Positions 53,143-64,000 of a stretch of DNA of 64,000 nt are shown one piece after another. Origin of the DNA: Eledone cirrhosa. Taxonomy: Eukaryota. The notes beneath the pieces were generated by a model, which was not told the origin of the DNA, made no database searches, and was given only the letters and a program-made list of their open reading frames with translations. The stretch's first letter is position 1. Every line of letters begins with the position of its first letter. Where the stretch lies: the NCBI GenBank assembly GCA_964016885.1, contig OZ024743.1:316882001-316946000 (forward strand), read 5' to 3'. A program made the translations under genes and the position numbers.

Positions 53143-53966
53143 GTAGGTATTGATTTCATCACTATGAGACTGTTCACTAAAATGTTCAACAGAAAAATCA
53201 CGATATTTGTCATGAGCATTATCATTAATCAATATTTTATTGGCTCCATCTCCTTTTAGTCATCTTTTACAACACTTGATAATATGATGTACCTATTTTA
53301 AACTGGATACACACACAATTGAGTGACATGTCTAAGAAATAAAAATGTATAACTTAACCCTTAATAATAGCTTTGTGAACTAGTTTGGCCATGTAGCTTG
53401 GTGATATAACTTGCTGGTATTACTTGATGATGATGGATATGATTGACGAGATCCCAGATCTCTCATTTGCTTATTGCATTGTCAAATAGGGCCAACAAAA
53501 CAATGTTTCCATTGGTCTTTCCATTGCTGATACTATCTACTGGTCGCAGCTTCTAGCAAAAAGAGTAACATGAAATAAAGTGTCTTGCTAAAAGACTTAA
53601 CACATTGCCTGGTCTGGGAATTGAACTTGCAACTTTATGATTGCAAATCCAATTCTTTAACCACTCACCTTCATTTAACTTAATATAATTTAATATAACC
53701 AAACCACCTGAAACTGCCCTTGTTTCTAAAATACAAACCTGTTTGTTTCTAAGTGTTTATATTTATCTACAAAACTTTCATCATAATTTTATTTAAGAAC
53801 CTATGTTAAGTTGTGTTCCAAACACCAGCTTAATAATGAAAAAGTTAGTTATATTACTAAATCCTTCCAAATTCTTGATTATTTTCAAAATTATTTGAAA
53901 CTCATTGGTTGTATATCTTATAAATATGGTAATGAAAAGGTTAATTTAAAAAAAAATTTATTTCAG

Positions 53967-54036
53967 AACTTTTTTACTGATTCAACAATAATCAACAACT
54001 TGGAAATTTGTTCAGCCAATGGTTGGAGCAAACTTG
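53967..54036 (+). CDS. CFAP300: CFAP300 coding exon 3
   Basis: tttcag|NFFTDSTIINNLEICSANGWSKL G|gtatgt. 70 nt, phase 0 to 1. Confidence 0.85.
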
Positions 54037-54810
54037 GTATGTTTTTTATTTTTATGATTCTTCTATTTTACAAGTTTCAATCATTCTATCTGTCTGTCCT
54101 AATTGAGACTAATAACACCATTGAAAATATAGTGTAGATATTATATATAATCAAAAGGGTTTAAGCTTGATCATCAGGCTTACATGCTTTAAATAATATA
54201 TATATAGATATATATATTATGAGTTGTATCAAAGATTACAACATTCCTTGTATGTGCATATATATATACCATTCCATTGCATACTTTGATCACAAGTTCT
54301 GGATACATATCTCTCTTCTCATTTGATTCCCACATACAAATAGTCATATAAGCTTACATACACAAATATATACACACGAAAAATACATTATTCATAGATA
54401 TATACATATATTCACACACATGCACAGCATACTTCCATCAATCATATACTGAACATGCACATATACATGCACACTGACACAAAGGAAAAATAACATTAAC
54501 AGCATGCACACCCACAAAATGCACTCTATCTGCATACATGTAACAGTACCAATGATACATCTGAATTCTTCATCTTGGCCCCCACCCCACACGCCAGACT
54601 AATTATTTGCCCTCCTCACCTATCTTAAAAAATTAAATGTTTTTTCTTCTCCTACCTTCCAGTCTCTGTTTTTCCAACCTCTTCTATTTTAGAACTTTGT
54701 TCTTTCCTGATGGAGGACCTATGTCTGACTTAGTGAAACATTTTTAATTCATTCCTAAACATGAAACTAAGACTATGTTTTTGCATCTTTGTTTATCTTG
54801 TTAATTCTTG

Positions 54811-54864
<54 letters not shown>

Positions 54865-54919
54865 CAATGAAATAGAAGCCAGTAGCTTAGAATTTACATA
54901 ATTTTATTAATGACATAAT

Positions 54920-55122
54920 TGCTGTTATACATGTTTTGGTATTAACTGTTATGTCACAATTACAACCTCATCAGACAGCTATTACATATGCCCCACCCAT
55001 GGCATATCATAGAATGGAAACTGTATGAGAATGTTTATTGATTTTATTCTTATTCATGTAATAGGTGTCTGATGAGATCATAACTGTTACCACTGAAATA
55101 CATATAACAGTGATTATGTCAT
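54920..55122. repeat. Inverted pair of degenerate hammerhead-containing (Penelope-like) repeats
   Basis: Arms atgacataattgctgttata...tcatcagacagctattacat and atgtaataggtgtCTGATGA...GAAAtacatataacagtgattatgtcat are reverse-complementary. Confidence 0.5.
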
Positions 55123-55572
55123 CCATATTGTTATATCAATGCTCCAGAGTACATAGACCTACATGTATACTTTGCTGAGTGGTTTATTCTGTTTACATTA
55201 GTGTTGGTTGATTAATTATCATAAAATATACCAAGTATATATATATGTGTGTGTGTAAGAGAGTGTGAGAGTAAAAGATGGATGAACTGGCATTGATATA
55301 GAATGGTATGAATTTTTAAACATTCCACCCCTCCCTCATTTTTGAATTTTACATTTGTGTTCCATGAAGCCTTAATAAAAAAAAATTACGCTGTTTTTGA
55401 CTGATTGTAGCATGGTGTGACAGATGGTCGAAAACTCCAGTACAATTATTATCATAAAGATTTTTGTTGGTGTAAACAGAAAGCATCCATTATATTTGTA
55501 TGAATGAAATATTTATCCATGATTATAAAACATATGTTTCATATTATTAAAACATGTTTCATATTATTACAG

Positions 55573-55739
55573 ATCAAAAGGCATCTAAAGTTGATATAGA
55601 AATTGTTCCTTGTACCATTCTTTCTATGGAATTCTTTGATCAATTGAAAGAGAATGGAATTGTCTTTGAGGGAGGAAAAATACATAAATGTTATGATGAA
55701 TATTATGAAAATTTTGTTATATCTGATGAACTTCGGAAG
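55573..55739 (+). CDS. CFAP300: CFAP300 coding exon 4 (remaining exons not found, presumably right of the window)
   Basis: ttacag|AT..., DQKASKVDIEIVPCTILSMEFFDQLKENGIVFEGGKIHKCYDEYYENFVISDELRK|gtaaat contains the VPCT.LSM.FF..L and ISDELR signature. Confidence 0.92.
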
Positions 55740-57519
55740 GTAAATGAAACTTTATTACTCTTTTATTGGTTTCAGTCATTAGATTATGGCTATGCTGGGG
55801 TGCCAGTTTAATGGGATTTTAGTCAATTATATCACCCTTTAGTACTTATTTTTTTCAAACCTGGTACTTATTTATTGATCTCTTTTGGTTGAACCACTAA
55901 GTTAGGAGACTTAAACACAGATACTGACACACACATTACATATGGCAAGTAGAGCTCCAACATTAACAAAAAAAAAAGCAAATATCAGTTAGATGTGACT
56001 TGAGAGAGATTTGGCTGCTATTTCTAGCAAGTCGAACGACTGAATTGAGGCTCTCTCTTTGGTTTGGTGGCACAATTGTTTTTACTTCTGGATAATGACT
56101 CTTCTACATAAATCTGAAGTAGGAGAAAAATCTGGCAAACTGGTATAAACAGAGTTATCTACCTTGCAACGTGACACAAAAAATAACACTAAAATTAGGA
56201 ATTTGCTGATGTTTTCGACCATCGACCCTTTCATAGAACCCTTGAATCCTTCACACACACTTGACATGTACAAAATAGATAAATAAATCAGAAACCTGGG
56301 ACATGTGTGTGGGTCGATATCAACTATTTTGGAGAACACCAGCTCGTAAAGAATGAAAAATCTTTAATTCTCTCATTTTTAGATATTCAGTTTTTCCCGC
56401 CAACAGATTCTTAATCTATTTTTAATTCTTTTACTATTTTCAGTCAATAGACTGAAATCAAGTACTTATATTTTATTCTCATATTTGCTACATAAATTAT
56501 CAATCTCTTTCGTTAAACTACTAAGTTATGGGACATAAGGTCAGACACAGACACAAATGTAAGCACAGGCACATCTCTCTCTGTATATATGTGTATATAT
56601 TTATATATATATGTGTGTATATGTGTATATGCATGTGTGTGTGTATATATATATGTACACCTAACCCAATGTAACCTACCATATACATACGCCACTAGAC
56701 AAAGTTAAAAATAAATTAGTCATGTCCTTTAGAACTATACCCCAAAACTCACTTCCCTGTATAACAATAAGCAAACATATATTATATATTAACATCAACA
56801 TCGTTTTATGTCTGTTTTCCATGTTGGTATGAAAAATTGGGTTGTCTCAATTTCTGTCTAAATAGGTTACATGTACACACCTTGCTCATATGTTCCTAAT
56901 GCCAACCACTTTACAAAGTGTTGTCATATCACATTCCCACAACTGGTACAGTCAATCTTTAGGGGTGCCACTGTAGCTACTTTCCTAGTCAACCATTGCC
57001 ACTGGTCTTAATTCTCCGTCATGTGTAGTGGGGGTCTTAGTGTTGTGACCATTCTAGTCGTTGATATCAGACCAGGATTTTCTTCGTCTGTTTCTCCTTT
57101 GCCCTCCCTTGACTGTTCCCTAAAGGATGGTTTTAGACAAGGAGTTGTGGTGGGACACATGACCATATTAGGCAAGCAAGACGATGCTTGTTGAGGGAAG
57201 AAGTGTCAAGAAATCAATGAAAGGATGCTGCAGCAGAGAAAGCCAAGGAAGATCTAAGCAGAAGTGGTTGTGAAGTGAATTCCTTAAGCACACAGCCATG
57301 CCTGGCTGTGCTTGTCTTTATCTAAAGTGTGCTACATAAGTTAATCAGAAACTAATCAAACAGCTGTTACCAGTCAGTGAATTGCAGCTAAGTCAAGGTG
57401 ACATTGTCCTGATTACAAAACAAAACAGGTTATGTTTAAAGAACTCCAGCAATTTCTTGTTGGGTAATGCATTCAAAGTAGAGTGAATTTAGGTTAATAA
57501 ATTCAAGAGAGATGCTTGT

Positions 57520-57960
57520 GTTGGCACCGTGATAAAATGCACCAAGTACATTCTACAATGAGGTGCACCCAACACCCTGTAAAGTAGTGGTGCATATGTC
57601 ATGATAAAATGCACTCAATAAACTTCAATGTGGTGGTTCAGGTTCTACAATAAGATGCACCTAATACACAGTTATGCAGTGGTTTAAGTTCCACAATAAA
57701 ATGCAACCAATACACTGCAATGTGGTGATGCAGGTGCCACAATAAAATGCACCCAATACACAGCAATGTGGTAGTGCAGGTTCCACAATAAAATGCACCC
57801 AATACACTGTTATGCAGTGGTGCAAGTTCCACAATAAAATGCTGCAATACACTAATGAGGTGGGCCAGATGCTATGATAAAATGCACCCAATACACTGTA
57901 ATGCAGTGGCCCAGATGCCATGATAGAATGCACTCTGTACAATGGTTGGCATTAGTAAGG
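57520..57960 (+). repeat. ~47-bp degenerate tandem array from the RTE/SINE tail module
   Basis: Repeated ataaaatgcacccaatacactg...gtggtg. Confidence 0.8.
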
Positions 57961-59460
57961 ACATTGAGCTTGATGTGGATCTCACACCTGTCATGTCTTG
58001 GGCCATGACATCGCCTCCAACCCTTGTCAGCATAGATATTGGATGTAAAATGATATATATATAGTTTATCTTCCACGTGTGATGTCACTATTTGCTGCTG
58101 ACAACTTTACCCATTATAGCAGTAATTTCTTGATGTCCTAACTGGATAGATAGCTTTGCACTTTCTCGCTACACATGATGATGTCGCCACATGTCTTATG
58201 ACGTAAGCCTGTCAGCCATAGAAATGTGTATTATGATTTTTTGCAGCATTAACATTTTAGCATTTACATTACTCTATATATATACTATTATATTTTTGTG
58301 GTAAAGGCTTTACCTTACAGAATTATCTCACATAATATTGAATCTATAAGATTTTGATATTATTTATTTTGAGAACAATACCTTAACATCAGTATGAGCA
58401 GCCAGTTACAGCCCATTTGAACAGAAAGGGGTGAGAGAATTCTGGCCAGATATGGTCAGTTTAAATGCTGATGGGTTAAAGGAATATTTGGAATCTGACC
58501 TTCTATATTCATTGAAGTATTCAACTCCGTTCCTGCACCAACTACGAGATAACACATCTTCAATGGTTGATATTTATAATATTGAGTGCTTTTGCTTATG
58601 GCATCGCTTCCTGCTAATTGGAATGACTAGATCTACCCATTAGTTAAACCATCCAGTATGTGTGTATGTGTATATATATATGTGCGTGTATATATATTCG
58701 TGTGTGTTTTATATGTGTGTATGCGTGTGTATATATATATATATTTATATGTGTGTATGTATATCATCATCATCACCGTTTTACGTCCGTTCTTCCACGC
58801 TAGCATGGGTTAGAGCATGCAGGCTTCGTTTCTTTCTAATCTGCACAAGTCTTCTACAGACAGTGCCCAGGTCTCACTACCATGTAACATTGCTGTTCAT
58901 ATACACGTATCATACAGTCTGCCGTTCATTTTCAGGGAAAAGCCTTTTGCAGCTAGCAGTGGCAGTAGCTCCCTGAACTTCTTCCTGTGTATATGTATGT
59001 GTGTATGCCACAACAAAAATAGCTATGGAGTTAAGTTCCTGGCAGGACAAAAAACAAAACGTGACAAAGGGTGGAAGAACTCATAAGAGTCAATGGCCAT
59101 TCAAAAATGTATAAATATGTACATACATGTGTATGTATGTATGTATATGCACATATGCATGTGTATGTATATGTGCGGGGACATAGAAATAATTGGGCTG
59201 GATACCCATTTGCGCAGTTAAACCACTGGATGTGAAGGAACCCTAGCCTTTGTCGGGGCATTCTTCTAGAAGGCAACTCAAAAACTGGTATAACTCTGAC
59301 AAAACCTGGGGTTCAGTAGTTACTGATGATGTTGATCTTCTCTTCTTTTCGGGTTATAGCTACTGTCGCTCAGAGAGTGGGATTGGTTCAATGCACAGTC
59401 TTTCCTCACTTTAAAAAAAATCTTAAAATTCTCTTAGTGTTGTCTGAAATGTATAGCCTT

Positions 59461-59540
59461 ACACACGCTGATGAACCGAGGTTATTCCATTTCTGTCAAC
59501 AAATTACTGGCGAAACATATCTTTGGATTTGTACGTGTGT
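59461..59540 (+). ncRNA. Type-I hammerhead ribozyme-like motif
   Basis: acacacg CTGATGA [imperfect stem II] GAAA catatc-tttg-gatttG TA cgtgtgt. 7-bp perfect stem I, stem III hairpin with one mismatch, GUA cleavage triplet. Confidence 0.65.
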
Positions 59541-59844
59541 TATATAGTTATAGAGGTATTTATTTATGCTTTAATTTATATTTTTAATTATCGTGTCTAT
59601 AGTTTGCCTTTCATAGGTTATAGATTCCATACACTGGTTGTTTTTTCCCTGTTTTATTGATAGCACACTGTATATCTCTCTCTGGTGTGTTACCTTTTCA
59701 ACATATTGTATATATATATATAAAACAAAGAAAGTGTGGTTAGAAACCAGGTGGACCATAATGCACCAGAGTACTCGATACTTAGGGTAGTAGAGTGGGT
59801 AATAGGAAAAGAGCCAGGTCCTGACTCTTTTCCTATATATATAT

Positions 59845-61229
59845 ATCATCATCATCATCATCATCAACGTTTAACGTCCGTGTTCCACGCTTGCATGGGT
59901 TTGGACGGGGGTTTTCCCACTTGAGGCAAGAGTGATTATCTTGCTCGCATAGGACTATCTGGCAGGTTTTCTACAGCTGGATGCCCTTCCTAACACCAAC
60001 CACATTTACAGTGTGGGGCTGGGAGGTTTTTACCGTGTTGCCTACACGGCCACATTACAGCGTGAACTGTGTGTTTTTTTGATGTGACACCTACACGATC
60101 TCATTTGTTTCGGCCTGGATGTTGTGGCACCAACATAACTTTACATTGAAAGGGGCGGTGTGGATGGGGCGGGGGTGTATTTTGTTAGAGATGCCTACTG
60201 ACTGTAGTAGGTTTTACTTTGTATTTAGGTAAGGTGGGTCTTCTCTATTACTGAGTACTGCCAAAGGTCTCGGTCCAGTGACATTGTCTTGGTGAGGTGT
60301 AAGTGTGTGAGGTCGGAATTTATCAGCTCGTCCCAGGTTTTTCTGGGTCTACCTATTCCGTGGCTACCGTCTATCTTTATTGCCCTGCACTTTGTTATAC
60401 AGCTATCGTCCTTCATGCGCATCACGTGACCATACCAACGTAGCCTTCTCTCGAGTAAACAACATCTGATCCCTCTTATTTCTAATTTTTTCCTTAGTTC
60501 GTTTATGCTTTGCCGTTCACGTATATTACTATTACACATCCAGCGGAGCATGCAAGCTTCGTTTCTCTCTAGTCTGCGTATATCCTCTGCACACAATGCC
60601 CAAGTCTCACTGCCATGCAACATTGCTGTTCGTATGCAGGCATCGTACAACCTGCCTTTCATTTTTAGGGAGAACCCTTTAGCGGCTAATAGTGGTATAA
60701 GCTCTCTGAACTTTTTCCATCCAGTTCTGACTCTAGCTACTGTACTTTCAGAGCACCCTCCCCCACTGCTGATTTTGTCACCCAGGTAACGGAAGCTGTC
60801 TACTATTTCTATAGAACCCTCTGCGCAGTTGAAAGAGCTAGTATTTTGTGGGCACTTGCTGCTACTTATTGCACCAGAGCACCAGCCACATGTAAAATCT
60901 ATGTTCTCAGTTAGCTTACCTGTGATCCCACTACATCTTTTATGCACCCATACTTTGCATTTGGGACACAAAATGGAGTTTCTACCTACGCCTTTCCTAC
61001 ACACTGAGCATGGCCACTTCCCGGAAGGGACCGCCGCCTTATTTTCTTTCTTACAAACTAGAACTTTAGTCTTAGCCAGGTTAATTTTAAGGCCTTTTGA
61101 TTCTAGGCCGTGCTTCCATGTTTGGAATTTCTTCTCTAGCTCGGCCATTGATTCAGCTATGAGTGTTAGGTCATCTGCGTATAGGAGTTCCCATGGGCAA
61201 CCGGTCTTGAACTCCTCTGTTATAGCCTG
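59845..61229 (-). mobile_element. 5'-truncated RTE LINE, young copy
   Basis: Open ORF 60225..61229 from YADD to the C-terminus, near-identical to 2322-3582. (GAT)n tail, (TA)n on both flanks. Confidence 0.93.
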
Positions 61230-61745
<516 letters not shown>

Positions 61746-61924
61746 TAAAACGAAGGAACTATGGTAAGGAACAAGGTCGACCATAATGCACCAGAGTACT
61801 CAATACTTTGGGTAGTAGAGTGGGTAATAGGAAAATATTCAAGACCTCAACACCCGTCGGGGGTCTTGAACATTTTCATATATATATATAGCGGACGTAA
61901 AATGATGATGATGATGATGATATA

Positions 61925-61962
<38 letters not shown>

Positions 61963-62994
61963 CACCAATCATCTCTACACGCTTCTGAAATCTTAATACC
62001 CTGCTCTCACCTGCTAAATATCCTATGCACCTAGTCGATGTTGAACTTGCTTTCCTACCTGCCCCTCTAAATCCTCACCCCTGATACACCTTGACTGACC
62101 AACCCATGCATACAAGCATGAAAGCTGGACACGCTTGACATCTGATCTCCCACAACAACATTTCCATGACAAAAAGCACAGTCCATCTCATAAGGTGGTG
62201 ACATGACAAAAAGAACCCAGTCCAATCTATCTGCTGGTCGTTTTAGTGCCAAAATAAAAAGCACCCAGTCCTCACTGTAAGATGGTTGGTATTAAGAATG
62301 GCACCCGGCCATAGAAACCAAGCCAAAATACAGATCCATATGTGCATGACTTGTCTCATAACATGACAACCCATCTAACCCATACAAATGTGGAAAAATG
62401 GATGTTAAATGATGATAATGGCTGGGCGTGTCTTCTTTTCCCACTGCTTCTTGGGAAGGTTGTGGGAGCAGAGTACCACATGTCATGATGGCACCCTGCA
62501 ACTCTATCAGGAGTAATGGCTCTGTACATACATGCATGCTATCATAGGCACTTGGCTTAGTAATTAGTGTTTAGCTCATAATGATAAAGTCATGAGTTTG
62601 ATTCCCAGTGGTGCATTATATTCTTCAGCAAGGCACTTTATTTCACATTAGTCTATTCAGTTGGAAAACTTAAGTTGGTAATGTCACTGGTGCCAAGCTG
62701 TATCAGACTTCACTTTTTCTTGGACAGCATTGTCAATGTTGAGAGGGCAGACTGGCATGAATGGATACCTGCTGGTTGCTTGTCTTCCATCATACATCTT
62801 GGAGTGGAACTTTCTAGATACAAACTCATGGTCTGTGATAACTGAAAAAGGTGAGATGTGCCTTTATAGAGCCTTTATAGCCACATACTTTGCATTACTC
62901 TTCGCTGCTGAACAGACATTTACTAATACAAGACTATTACACATATGGCTGGAACTGTAGACATAAATGTCAGGCATTCATCACCTTGATTAGC

Positions 62995-63400
62995 ACGCAC
63001 ACACACACACACACACATGCATACACACACACATGCACATGTATACACACATTCACACATAGGTTGCCACACACACACACATGCATACACACACACATGC
63101 AGATGTATACACACATTCACACATAGGTTGCCACACACACACACATGCATACACACACACATGCACATGTATACACACATTCACACATAGGTTGACACAC
63201 ACACACACATGCATACACACACACATGCAGATGTATACACACATTCACACATAGGTTGACACACACACACACACATATTCACACACTCGTAGTCACACAC
63301 ACATGCATGCTCACACATACATACACACACATCCACACACATACACATATTCACTCATGCACACTCATTTACACATTCACATGCACACCTTACACTTGAT
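62995..63400. repeat. (CA)-rich repeat with a 64-bp higher-order unit
   Basis: aggttg recurs at 63061, 63125, 63189, 63253. Confidence 0.85.
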
Positions 63401-63499
63401 ATTTCTATAAAAGAAATGAGTCATTATGATTTACCAGAGATAACCAGCATGAATTATTGATTTCTTGGATGAAGCTGAAATGAAAGTTCTGTTAAGTGT

Positions 63500-63673
63500 T
63501 ATCGGTAGAGGGTCGGACGCCATGCTTTGCAGCATAGTTAGGTCTCTTTACGGTCTGAGTTCAAATCCCGCCGAGGTTAACTTTGCCTTTCATCCTTACG
63601 GGGTCGATAAAATAAAGTACCAGTAATGCACTGGGATAATTGCTGGCTTCGTGCTAAAAGTAGAAACAATTAT
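63500..63673 (+). mobile_element. SINE family A (representative copy)
   Basis: B-box gagttcaaatcc, core gcctttcatccttacggggtcgataaaataaagtaccag. Other copies near 8160, 21030, 21540, 38440, 39830, 43080, 48350-48690 and 51350. Confidence 0.85.
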
Positions 63674-64000
63674 TTTAACCCTTTTGTGACTATATTTCAA
63701 AATATTAAGCTGGTGTTTGGAATATAACTTAACAAAGGTTCTTAGATAAAATCATGATAGGTTTTTAAATAATGATCAGAATCAAGATCTCTGGTCTTAT
63801 GCAGTACTGCAAAAAACCTGCCTTTCCATATGCATGGATGCAGCAACATCTAGTGGTCTCTAGTACTTCTATGCATTCTAGTACTCTATGCACCACTTCT
63901 CCCCTTCCTCCTTCCATACACTTCCCACGTCTTAAAACTCCACACTTCAGCAGTACCCCACCTTATACCTACCTCTCCAAACACCATCCTATTTACATAC

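Overview
AT-rich, repeat-dense, intron-containing animal genomic DNA. The repeat landscape (RTE LINEs with (GAT)n tails, abundant tRNA-derived SINEs, (TA)n/(CA)n tracts) looks octopus/cephalopod-like, which is an inference. Host genes: (1) a minus-strand BTB-BACK-Kelch gene with four coding exons in consistent phase (14891 to 103) that runs off the left edge; (2) an unrecognised minus-strand coiled-coil gene whose ATG (42769) directly abuts an RFX X-box; (3) the first four coding exons of plus-strand CFAP300/C11orf70 (49373-55739), whose first coding intron is GC-AG. The rest is transposon-derived: young RTE LINEs with a PHD finger inside ORF2, a decayed HERO-like RLE element, a Tx1/L1 element sitting between two halves of a CR1, a nested non-autonomous Helitron cluster, MITEs, modular SINEs, large minisatellites (24, 46, 48 bp units), and several type-I hammerhead-ribozyme-like motifs of the Penelope/retrozyme kind. 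Exon boundaries were read by hand; repeat boundaries are approximate. No database search was run.
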